A DNA stretch of 57,044 nt from Armatimonadota bacterium. Its GTDB lineage: Bacteria; Sysuimicrobiota; Sysuimicrobiia; Sysuimicrobiales; Kaftiobacteriaceae. The stretch is taken from the NCBI GenBank assembly GCA_037440005.1, contig JBBIUY010000016.1, positions 1 to 57,044 on the forward strand, given 5' to 3'. The notes below the pieces were generated by a model. That model searched no databases, was not told the DNA's origin, and saw nothing but the letters and a program-made list of their open reading frames with translations. Of the stretch, positions 1 through 7,741 are shown one piece after another; the first letter of the stretch is position 1, and each line of letters opens with the position of its first letter. Both the position numbers and the translations under genes were made by a program.

Positions 1-57
1 GTGTTCAGGGCTCGGTTGGAGTCTCAAAGTGCAAACACCTAGTCCGCACTGGACAGA
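1..57. mobile_element. Possible right end of an insertion sequence, truncated by the window edge
   Basis: GC falls to about 50%. A + strand frame ends in TAG at 40-42, followed by cactggacaga and CTAG (58-61). Shares GGTGTTT/AAACACC, 18 nt from CTAG, with the opposite window end. No transposase visible. Confidence 0.35.
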
Positions 58-165
58 CTAGGCTTCCGCCACCAGCCCGAAGGACGCGATGAAGGTCAGC
101 AGCAGAAACCAGAACAGGTAGAACAGCAGGTACGCCAGGTGTACCCGCAGCGGCGTGCGCGTCAC
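58..165 (-). CDS. 35-aa single-TM membrane peptide, last visible gene of the Rieske/cyt b operon
   Basis: GTG overlaps the mvhD stop (GTGA), with a purine-rich SD upstream. Sequence VTRTPLRVHLAYLLFYLFWFLLLTFIASFGLVAEA. Confidence 0.65.
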   Translation of the reverse strand: MTRTPLRVHLAYLLFYLFWFLLLTFIASFGLVAEA

Positions 166-614
166 GTCCCCTCCCCCTCCGGCGCGCCGGCCGGCTGGGC
201 CACCGCCGGGCGCGCGGGCCGCGCCGCCGGAGCCGGCAGGGAGCCGACCCGCTCGACGAACGCCCGCACCGCGTCCACGAACGCCCGCCCGTCGTGCAGC
301 CCGTAGGCCAGCATGGCCACCCGGGCGGGGTCGATCTTGCGGCGCTGCAGCCGGCGCTGCAGCTGGTCGATGCGGTCCCGCATGAGGAAGTTGCCCTCGC
401 GGTTCAGGCAGTCCCCGTACGGGCACCCGGTGACGAACACCCCGGCGGCGCCCCGGTTCAGGGCCTCCTCCAGCCAGGCCGGCCGCACGAAGCCCGAACA
501 GGGCACCCGGATGATCCGCACCGCCGGCAGATCCCGCAGCCGCCCGCCGTCCAGCAGCGGCCGCAGGTCCACGCTCCAGTCGCACACAAATCCCACGATC
601 CGGGGCTCGCTCAT
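162..614 (-). CDS. mvhD: MvhD/FlpD-family [2Fe-2S] protein (methyl-viologen-reducing hydrogenase delta subunit-like)
   Basis: IVGFVC..RIIRVPCSG..GAAGVFVTGCPYGDC..REGN; four conserved Cys. ATGA overlap with the upstream gene. Confidence 0.85.
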   Translation of the reverse strand: MSEPRIVGFVCDWSVDLRPLLDGGRLRDLPAVRIIRVPCSGFVRPAWLEEALNRGAAGVFVTGCPYGDCLNREGNFLMRDRIDQLQRRLQRRKIDPARVAMLAYGLHDGRAFVDAVRAFVERVGSLPAPAARPARPAVAQPAGAPEGEGT

Positions 615-1804
615 GCCCGCACCGCCTCCGCCACCTGGGCCAGGACGTCCCGCTCCAGCAACGCGGGCAGCTCCAGCGCCTCAAACGGACACGCACCGAT
701 GCAGATCCCGCACTCCACGCAGCGGGACTCCACCACCACCGCCAGCAGGGTGCGGTTGGCCGCGGCCTTGGTCAGCCCCGGGCGGGGAGAGGGCACCATG
801 ATGATGGCGTTGTAGGGACAGTCGTAGTAGCACAGCTCGCACCCGGTGCAGTTGCCGTCGATGACCTGGGCCACGCCCGCGTGGCGCACCCCCAGGGCCT
901 GCGGGCTCTCCCGCCGGCCCAGGTAGGGGATGGCCAGCCCCGCGGTGAACACCACCGCCCCCAGGACCGCCACCCCGGCGGGAGGCAGCCAGTTCAGCAG
1001 CCAGAACGGCCACAGGAAGAACACGTCCAGGGCGAACCGGGTGGGCCGCGCCGCCGGCGCCGCGGGCGGAATGGCCTCGGCGCCGACGGGGATCAGGCCC
1101 GCCAGCAGGAAGACCAGCCCGACGCAGAACAGGACCCACGCCGCCGGCGGCCAGATCTTGGGGTGGCGCAGCCGCAGGTAGTGCCACCACAGCAGCAGGT
1201 ACAGGGCGGAGGCCGGGCCGATGTGCAGGAACAGCACCCGCACCAGGGTGCCGTCGCTGACCCCGGGGCCGCCCAGGAACAGGTCCGCCACCGCCGGGCC
1301 CACCCCGGGCAGGCTGCGCAGGATGCGCACGAACAGGGCGGTCAGCACCTGCCCCCGCTCGTCCCACACCAGCTGGTAGCCCGTGAACCCGATCAACCCC
1401 GCAAACAGCAGCAGGATCATCCCCGAGATCCACGGGTTGTCCCGGGAGAACAGATAGCGGTCGGTGAACCAGTTGCGGAACAGGTGCAGCAGGATGGCCA
1501 CCAGGAAGGCGTCGGCGGCGTACCGGTGCACCCCCCGCAGCAGCCCCCCGTAGGGGACCGTCTGGGTCAGGTAGCGCACCGAGGCGAAGGCTCCCTCCAG
1601 GCTGGCCTCATAGTAGAAGAACAGGAAGATCCCCGACAGGACCAGCACCAGCAAGAACAGGTTGGCCAGCCCGCCGGTGTAGTACAGCGGGTTGTAGTCG
1701 GAGGGGACGATCCGGTTGATCGCCACGTCCACCCGCAGGGTGGCCCGCAGCAGCGCGGTCATCACCCGTCCGTAGCGGCTCGGTCGCACCTCGGGTTCGC
1801 TCAT
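611..1804 (-). CDS. Cytochrome b (#2) fused to a C-terminal 2x[4Fe-4S] ferredoxin domain
   Basis: Start MSEPEV at 1804 (ATGA overlap). His pairs GVHRYAADAFLVAILLH and LHIGPASALYLLLWWH. Ferredoxin motifs CTGCELCYYDCP and CVECGICIGACP. Confidence 0.9.
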   Translation of the reverse strand: MSEPEVRPSRYGRVMTALLRATLRVDVAINRIVPSDYNPLYYTGGLANLFLLVLVLSGIFLFFYYEASLEGAFASVRYLTQTVPYGGLLRGVHRYAADAFLVAILLHLFRNWFTDRYLFSRDNPWISGMILLLFAGLIGFTGYQLVWDERGQVLTALFVRILRSLPGVGPAVADLFLGGPGVSDGTLVRVLFLHIGPASALYLLLWWHYLRLRHPKIWPPAAWVLFCVGLVFLLAGLIPVGAEAIPPAAPAARPTRFALDVFFLWPFWLLNWLPPAGVAVLGAVVFTAGLAIPYLGRRESPQALGVRHAGVAQVIDGNCTGCELCYYDCPYNAIIMVPSPRPGLTKAAANRTLLAVVVESRCVECGICIGACPFEALELPALLERDVLAQVAEAVRA

Positions 1805-2001
1805 CGCTCGGCCTTGCGGGGCCCGATCAGGCCCGCCTTGCGCAGCAGCAGCACGATGCCCGCGTAGGCGATCAGCAACACGCCCACCAGGGAGCCGCCC
1901 AGGTACCACCGGTCGGTGGCCTCGCCGTAGACGATGCCCGCCGCGGCCGCCACCGCCACGGCGCTGAGGGCGGCGATCCCCGCCAGGTACGCCCCGCGCA
2001 T
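1801..2001 (-). CDS. Small 2-TM membrane protein (66 aa)
   Basis: Two hydrophobic helices, SD upstream, ATGA coupling to cyt b #2. Confidence 0.7.
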   Translation of the reverse strand: MRGAYLAGIAALSAVAVAAAAGIVYGEATDRWYLGGSLVGVLLIAYAGIVLLLRKAGLIGPRKAER

Positions 2002-2019
2002 CCCGCGCCCTCCTTCCCC

Positions 2020-2265
2020 CTACCGGCCGGCCAGGAACCGCTCGTACAGGCCGATGCGCCGCCGGACCCTGCCCGCGGCCCGATCGGCCGCGTACACCCA
2101 GAACCCCAGGTACAGAAACGCCGCCGCAAACACCGCGGCGTAGACCAGGACCCGGCCCAGGGCCCCTGCGGTGGGCACAGCCCACGCCGCCCGCAGGGCC
2201 GCCCAGCCCGCCTGCAGGGAGACCAGGGCCGCCACGAACGCCGCCGCGATGGTCAGCAGGCGCAT
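2020..2265 (-). CDS. Small 2-TM membrane protein (81 aa)
   Basis: Two hydrophobic helices and a basic tail; starts 4 nt after the cyt b #1 stop. Confidence 0.7.
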   Translation of the reverse strand: MRLLTIAAAFVAALVSLQAGWAALRAAWAVPTAGALGRVLVYAAVFAAAFLYLGFWVYAADRAAGRVRRRIGLYERFLAGR

Positions 2266-2269
2266 CGTC

Positions 2270-3427
2270 CTACCCGCGGGCCGGCGCCCGGGCCGCGGCG
2301 GGGGCGGATGCCCGGCGCCGGCGGGCGCGCACCTCCCACGCCAGGCCCAGGCTCAGCACCGCCAGCGTCACCAGCATGATGATGAACGGATCGCGCTCGA
2401 TCACCGCGATGTTGAACAGGATCAGCGCCGTGAACACCAGGAAGTAGGTGACCGCCAGCACGCCCACCACGAAGAAGAACGGCCGCTCCAGGGGCCGGCG
2501 CCCCCGGCTGCGGTCCAGGAAGGGCACCAGCATCCCGAAGCCGATGAGCAGCCCCGGCCCCAGCCCCGCCCACAGGGGGGGCGTGTACTTCACGTACTGG
2601 TACAGGGCCAGGAAGTACCAGTCGGACAGGATGGGCAGGGGCGTGCGGGTGGGGTCGGCCCGCCGGCCGCTCTCGGCCGGCAGGAGGAGGGAGATCACCA
2701 CCAGCATCGCCAGGAAGACCGCCATGGGCGTCAGCGACATGTTGATGCGCCGCCGCCGGGTGCGGAAGAACAGGACCTCCACCAGGACCAGCAGGACCAG
2801 GGAGATGCCGAAGTGGATGGCGTAGAACCGGGTGATGGTGGCCTGGCCGATGGCGGGCCCTCCCAAGAACAGGTAGGCGATCATGGAGCCGAACTTCAGC
2901 TGGCCCAGGATCGGGATCTCGTCGAAGTAGACGGGGACCGTCAGGACCACCTTGGCGGCCCAGAAGGCCCGCTGGTTCCAGATGAGCAGGTAGCCGGTGA
3001 TGCCGGAGATCATGGCCAGGATCAGCCCGGCGAAGGCCAGCATCCACGACAGCTCCCCCGGCTTCTTGTACTCGCCCAAAAAGTACATGCGGTACAGGCG
3101 CAGGAAGATGACGGTGATCAGCGCGTCGGCGCCGTATTTGTGCAGGCCGCGGACCAGTCCCCCCAGGACCACGGGCCGCCCGAACAGGGTGAGCCTGGTG
3201 CGGCCGATCTCGTTCTGGATGCGCTCGATGGAGCTGTAGGCCCCGGTGGTGGTGGGTTCGTACCACAGCATCAGGATGACCCCGGTGACCACGGTGATGA
3301 GCCAGAAGTAGTACAGCATGGGCCCCATCAGGTACAGGGGGTTGCTCTGCCGGGCCACCAGGGTTTCGTCGAACAGGTCCAGTTTTTCCCGGCGCTCCCG
3401 CAGCCAGTCCCGCACCGTCTCCCACAT
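2270..3427 (-). CDS. qcrB: Cytochrome b (#1) of a Rieske/cyt b complex, long form including the subunit IV-like part; lacks the bH ligands
   Basis: TGVILMLWYEP, GLHKYGA, TGYLLIWNQRAFWA, TRFYAIH, SDWYFL (PEWY-like) and PFLD motifs. Only two His in the whole protein. Confidence 0.9.
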   Translation of the reverse strand: MWETVRDWLRERREKLDLFDETLVARQSNPLYLMGPMLYYFWLITVVTGVILMLWYEPTTTGAYSSIERIQNEIGRTRLTLFGRPVVLGGLVRGLHKYGADALITVIFLRLYRMYFLGEYKKPGELSWMLAFAGLILAMISGITGYLLIWNQRAFWAAKVVLTVPVYFDEIPILGQLKFGSMIAYLFLGGPAIGQATITRFYAIHFGISLVLLVLVEVLFFRTRRRRINMSLTPMAVFLAMLVVISLLLPAESGRRADPTRTPLPILSDWYFLALYQYVKYTPPLWAGLGPGLLIGFGMLVPFLDRSRGRRPLERPFFFVVGVLAVTYFLVFTALILFNIAVIERDPFIIMLVTLAVLSLGLAWEVRARRRRASAPAAARAPARG

Positions 3428-3436
3428 GGGCGGACC

Positions 3437-4129
3437 TCAGGCAATCCCTCCGGGCTCCACGTCGGTGACCACGATCTCCTCGCCCCGCACCTCGAACAGG
3501 AACGTGCGGGGAGGCCGCGGCGCCGGCCCGGACAGCACCCGCCCCGGCACCTGGGGGTCGGCGGGGTCGTAGATGCTCAGGTGGCAGGGACAGCCCATCA
3601 GGGCGTGGCGCCGCTCGGGGGGCGGCACGTAGCCGCCGTAACCGGCGGTGATCTCCCGGTAGTCGGGGACGTAGTTGAAGATGCAGCCCAGGTGCGGGCA
3701 GATCCGGGAGAACACCACCAGGTCGCTGTCGGTCACCTGAGGGGTCCGACCGATCTGCCGGGCCCACGCCAGGGGGCCGCGGCCGGTGGCCGGGTCGTAC
3801 AGGCGGATCTTCCGCGGCAGCCGGATCACCACCCCCGGCACGTTGGCAGCCTTGTAGCCCTGGGGGGTGTACTGGGGATATTTCTGGGTGAAGACGAAGT
3901 ACTTGAAGTCCCAGGGGCGGGCCACCTCGCTGAGGGTGGCGGCCACGATGGCTTCGCCCCGGGGGGTGTCGTGCACCGTCGGGGCGTAGATGCGGAACTT
4001 CTCCACGTTGGGCTTCAGCAGCCGCAGCAGCGGCGACACCAGCCCGGCCAGGGCGGCCAGGGCCGGGACAGCGGTCAGTAGGCGCAGGAAGCTGCGCCGC
4101 TCCATCATCGGCGCCGACCGGTCCTCCAT
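3437..4129 (-). CDS. qcrA: Rieske [2Fe-2S] subunit with Tat signal/anchor
   Basis: ERRSFL twin-arginine motif; boxes CPHLGC and CPCHLSIY; GPAPRP motif. Alternative start at 4108. Confidence 0.92.
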   Translation of the reverse strand: MEDRSAPMMERRSFLRLLTAVPALAALAGLVSPLLRLLKPNVEKFRIYAPTVHDTPRGEAIVAATLSEVARPWDFKYFVFTQKYPQYTPQGYKAANVPGVVIRLPRKIRLYDPATGRGPLAWARQIGRTPQVTDSDLVVFSRICPHLGCIFNYVPDYREITAGYGGYVPPPERRHALMGCPCHLSIYDPADPQVPGRVLSGPAPRPPRTFLFEVRGEEIVVTDVEPGGIA

Positions 4130-4161
4130 CGTCCCATCCCGTCCGTCAGTCGCTCTTCCTC

Positions 4162-4170
4162 ACTATAGCA
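4162..4170 (-). promoter_or_regulatory. Putative extended -10 promoter (TGcTATAGT) for the Rieske/cyt b operon
   Basis: TGn-TATAGT on the minus strand about 32 nt upstream of the Rieske start. Confidence 0.45.
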
Positions 4171-4217
4171 CGGCGCCCCGCGCACCGACCCGCCGGCGCG
4201 CGGGGGCCAGGGAGGCA

Positions 4218-5120
4218 TTACCTCCGCAGCCCCGGGTAGTCGTACACGAAGGTGTACAGGTAGTTGACCACCGCCCAGATCTCGTCCTCGGTGAGCTTGT
4301 CCCGGTAGGCCGGCATCTCCCCCCGGCCGTCCACGATGGCCTGAAACAGCTCGGCGGGTTTGCGCTGGGCCATCAGGTTGACGTCGGTGAAGATCCCCGG
4401 GCCCTGTCCCCGGGCCCACGTCCACAGCCGCTGGGCCAGGCGCAGCCCCTCCGGGCCGCGGCCGTCCCCGCGGACGCCGTGGCAGGACGCGCAGGTGAGC
4501 GCGCGGCCGTCCACCTCGATGGCCCGGGTCTCGTACAGGGCGCGACCGCGGGCCACCTCCTCGGGCGTGGTGGCGAAGGCCCACTCGAAGAAGATGACGT
4601 GCCAGCGTTCCTCGTCGGTCAGCCGCACGCCGAAGGAGGTGGCGCCGTAGGCGGGCCGCGGGCCGAACGCGGGCATCGCCGTGTGCGGCCGGCCCCGGGT
4701 GACGGTCTCGTACATGCTGAAGGGGCTGTTGAGGCGCATCTGCACCACGTTGTGGAAGTTGGCGGGGCGGCTGGGCAGCCGCTCGGGCTGCAGCCGGATC
4801 CCCACCAGCCGGGCCAGGTCGTGCAGCAGCGTCTTCTGCTCGGCCCGCAGCCCCGCCGCCGCCGGCCCGTCCCCGCGGCCCTGGGGGCCGTGGCAGACGT
4901 CGCACCGCGCCCGGCTGAACACCTGGGCGCCCGCCTCCGCCGAGGGGCGGATGGGCTGGCCGCGGGCGTCGGCGGGCAGCAGCGGCCGGTCCCGCGGCGC
5001 GGGGGGCAGTTCCCGGGCCACGTCCACGCCGGAGCGGGAGATGTCCACGGTGGGCTGGCACGCGGTCAAAAAAAGAGCGCCGGCCACCACCACGGCGACG
5101 GCGACGGTGCAACCCCTCAT
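4218..5120 (-). CDS. Diheme c-type cytochrome lipoprotein (functional cyt c1 equivalent)
   Basis: Start MRGCTVAV; lipobox LTAC; heme motifs CDVCH and CASCH with distal AMPAF and EMPAY. Confidence 0.88.
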   Translation of the reverse strand: MRGCTVAVAVVVAGALFLTACQPTVDISRSGVDVARELPPAPRDRPLLPADARGQPIRPSAEAGAQVFSRARCDVCHGPQGRGDGPAAAGLRAEQKTLLHDLARLVGIRLQPERLPSRPANFHNVVQMRLNSPFSMYETVTRGRPHTAMPAFGPRPAYGATSFGVRLTDEERWHVIFFEWAFATTPEEVARGRALYETRAIEVDGRALTCASCHGVRGDGRGPEGLRLAQRLWTWARGQGPGIFTDVNLMAQRKPAELFQAIVDGRGEMPAYRDKLTEDEIWAVVNYLYTFVYDYPGLRR

Positions 5121-5201
5121 ACACCGCGGGAAATTCTGCGGCCGCCGGAGGAGTCCCTGCCGGACCGCCGCGAACTGGATTCGGGGTGGTGACTCATCCC
5201 C

Positions 5202-5924
5202 ATGGGCGGGAACGGACGCGAGGTCGCAGAGCGCGTGGAGGCGCCGGCTGTACGCGTGGTGGATCTGGGACGGCGGTTCGGCAGGGTCTGGGCGGTCCGC
5301 CACGTCACCCTGACGGTGCCGCCCGGGCGCGTGCTGCTGGTGTCCGGCCCCAACGGGTCGGGCAAGACCACGCTGCTGCGCCTGCTGGCCACTGCCCTGC
5401 GGCCCACCACCGGCGGAGGCGCCGTCTTCGGATGTGACCTGGTGGCCGCTGCCGACCGGGTGCGGGAGGTGGTCGGCCTGGTGGGCGCCACCTTCGGGGG
5501 CTACGACCTGCTCACGGCCCGGGAAAATCTGGAATTCGCCGCCGCCATGTGGGGACGCCCGACGGACGTGGAGCCCTGGCTGCGGAGGGTGGGCCTGAGC
5601 GCGGTGGCCGACCGTCCCGTGCGGACCTTCAGCCAGGGCATGAAGCGCCGGCTGGCCCTGGCGCGGGTCTGGCTGGCCGGTCCGCGACTGTTGCTGCTGG
5701 ACGAGCCCTACGCCGGACTGGACCGAGAGGGGACCGACCTGATCTCTGCGATGGTCGCCGACGTCACCGGACAAGGCGGCAGCGCGGTCATCGCCACCCA
5801 CGACCGCGACCGCGCCCGCGCTCTGGCCGACCTGGAACTGGTCCTGCAGGACGGCGAGCCCGTCGTCCTCCGGGCCCGGGCCGCCGCCGCACCGGCGGGC
5901 GTCGCGAGCGGAGGCGGACCATGA
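5202..5924 (+). CDS. ccmA: Heme ABC exporter ATP-binding protein CcmA
   Basis: GPNGSGKT, FSQGMKRR, LLLLDEP; first gene of the ccm operon. Confidence 0.9.
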   Translation: MGGNGREVAERVEAPAVRVVDLGRRFGRVWAVRHVTLTVPPGRVLLVSGPNGSGKTTLLRLLATALRPTTGGGAVFGCDLVAAADRVREVVGLVGATFGGYDLLTARENLEFAAAMWGRPTDVEPWLRRVGLSAVADRPVRTFSQGMKRRLALARVWLAGPRLLLLDEPYAGLDREGTDLISAMVADVTGQGGSAVIATHDRDRARALADLELVLQDGEPVVLRARAAAAPAGVASGGGP

Positions 5925-6580
5925 CCGGGTGGGCGCGCGCTGCGGCCGTGGCCCGCAAAGACCTGCGCATGGAGTGGCGGGGACGGGCCGCCGCCGTCAC
6001 CTCCCTGCTGACGGGCCTGCTGCTGGTCCTGGTCCTGGGCGTGGCCCTGGGTCCGGATCCCGCCCGCGCCGCCGCCGTGGTGTGGGTGGCGGTGGGGTCC
6101 GCCGCGGCGGTGGGGATCCCGCGGATCACCCAGGCCGAGGCGGACCAGCAGGCTCTGGAGGCGCTGCTGCTGTACCCGGGCAGGCGGGAGCACCTGTACT
6201 GGGGCAAGGCCGCCTCCCTGGCGGTCCTGCTGGGCGCGGTGGCGGCCGTGGTGCTGGCGGTGGCGGGAGTCCTGTTCGCCCTGCCGCTGGGAGGCCGTCT
6301 GGTCCCCCTGGCGGCGGTGACGGGAGCGGGGGTGGCCTCCCTGGCAGCGCTGGGGACCCTGCTGGCCGGGCTGCTGCTGCACGTGCGGGGGCGGGAACTG
6401 CTGATGCCGTTGTTGCTGCTGCCCCTGGCCCTGCCGCCGCTGCTGGCCTGCATCCGGCTGACCGACGCCATCCTGACCGGGACGCCGGCGGGCGTGTGGC
6501 CGGGGGTGCTGGCGGCCGCCGTCGCGGTCTTCGGGCTGGCGTGCCCGATCCTGTTTGAGGTGGTGGTGGACGACGCATGA
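5921..6580 (+). CDS. ccmB: Heme exporter permease CcmB
   Basis: ARKDLRMEWR, RELLMPLLLLPL, about 6 TM; ATGA overlap. Confidence 0.88.
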   Translation: MTGWARAAAVARKDLRMEWRGRAAAVTSLLTGLLLVLVLGVALGPDPARAAAVVWVAVGSAAAVGIPRITQAEADQQALEALLLYPGRREHLYWGKAASLAVLLGAVAAVVLAVAGVLFALPLGGRLVPLAAVTGAGVASLAALGTLLAGLLLHVRGRELLMPLLLLPLALPPLLACIRLTDAILTGTPAGVWPGVLAAAVAVFGLACPILFEVVVDDA

Positions 6581-7230
6581 GCGGGTCCGCCGTCCTGGGG
6601 ACCGCGGCGATGCTCCTGCTGGCCGGCGCGGTCTACGCCGGCCTGGTGGCCTCTCCGCCGGACGCCTTCCAGGGGGACTACGTGCGCATCATGTACGTCC
6701 ACGTCCCCACCGCCTGGACGGCGTACCTGGCGGTGGCCACGACGCTGGTGGCCGGAGTCCTGTTCCTGTGGAAGCGGGACCCGCGCTACGACGCCCTCAC
6801 CCGCAGCGCCACCGAGCTGGCGGTGCTGTTCACGGGGCTGACCCTCGCCACCGGCTCGATCTGGGGACGGCCGGTGTGGGGGGTGTGGTGGACGTGGGAC
6901 GCGCGGCTGGTCACCACGGCCATCCTGTTCCTGATCTACTGCGCCGCCCTGCTGGTGCGGGCTTTGGCCGACGATCCGCGCCGGGGCGCCCGGCTGGGGG
7001 CGGTGGTCGGCATCCTGGGCGCGGTGGACGTCCCGCTCATCCACTACTCGGTGGTGTGGTTTCGCACCCTGCACCAGCCGCCGTCCATCACCCGGGGGGA
7101 GATCGCCCTGGCACCGCCCATGCTGCGGGCCCTGCTGCTGAGCGTGCTGGCCTTCACCGTCCTCTTCGCCTACCTGCTGGCGCTGCGGGTCCGGGTGGCC
7201 CGCCTGGAGGACGTCGGGGACGGCGGATGA
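6577..7230 (+). CDS. ccmC: Heme exporter CcmC
   Basis: YVHVP, TGSIWGRPVWGVWWTWDARL (WWD domain), RTLHQ. Confidence 0.95.
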   Translation: MSGSAVLGTAAMLLLAGAVYAGLVASPPDAFQGDYVRIMYVHVPTAWTAYLAVATTLVAGVLFLWKRDPRYDALTRSATELAVLFTGLTLATGSIWGRPVWGVWWTWDARLVTTAILFLIYCAALLVRALADDPRRGARLGAVVGILGAVDVPLIHYSVVWFRTLHQPPSITRGEIALAPPMLRALLLSVLAFTVLFAYLLALRVRVARLEDVGDGG

Positions 7231-7355
7231 CGCCGGCCCTGTGGATCGCCCTGGCGTACGGGCTGGTGGCGGCGACGGTGCTCCTGTACGTCCTCCGCCT
7301 GCGCCGCCGGCTGCGCCAGGCCCGGCCGCACGGGCGGGAAGGAGGGAAGTCGTGA
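7227..7355 (+). CDS. ccmD: CcmD (small membrane protein)
   Basis: 42 aa, one TM with AY and a basic tail; between ccmC and ccmE with overlapping start/stop codons. Confidence 0.75.
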   Translation: MTPALWIALAYGLVAATVLLYVLRLRRRLRQARPHGREGGKS

Positions 7356-7741
7356 GGCGCGCGCGCCTGATCCTGGCGGCCGCCGCGGTGGCCGGGGCGG
7401 TGGTGTACCTGATCATCGGCGGGCTGCGGGGCGCGGTGGTGTACTACATCACCCCCAGCGAGCTGCTGGGCCGGGGCCCCGAGGCGGCCGGGCAGACCCT
7501 GCGGCTGGGCGGACAGGTGCAACCGGGCTCGCGGGCCTGGAACCCACAGACCCTGGAACTGCGCTTCGTGCTCACCGACGGACGCGCGTCGATCCCGGTG
7601 CGGTACCGGGGCGTGCCGCCCGAGCTGTTCGCCGAAGGTGTGGGGGCCGTCGTGGAGGGCACCTACGGACCCGACGGGGTGTTTCTGGCCCGCGCGGTCA
7701 TCGTTAAGCATTCGGAGCAGTACGCTCCTCCTTCCCCGTGA
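7352..7741 (+). CDS. ccmE: Heme chaperone CcmE
   Basis: VYYITPSE, LRLGGQV, PELFAEG, VKHSEQY (HxxxY). Confidence 0.93.
   Translation: MRRARLILAAAAVAGAVVYLIIGGLRGAVVYYITPSELLGRGPEAAGQTLRLGGQVQPGSRAWNPQTLELRFVLTDGRASIPVRYRGVPPELFAEGVGAVVEGTYGPDGVFLARAVIVKHSEQYAPPSP

Noticed and set aside
1805..2185. N-terminal extension of the 524-aa cyt b #2 ORF; likewise the extended starts of cyt c, hemA/B/H/L/Q, ruvA/C and the amidase
   Set aside because: The extensions overlap upstream genes and are low-complexity; true starts are supported by SD sequences or stop/start overlaps.
2171..4081. 636-aa + strand ORF and many similar long Arg/Gly/Pro-rich ORFs (e.g. 10815-12536, 31701-34037, 42880-45387)
   Set aside because: Antisense or off-frame shadows of clear genes, expected at this GC content; no motifs.
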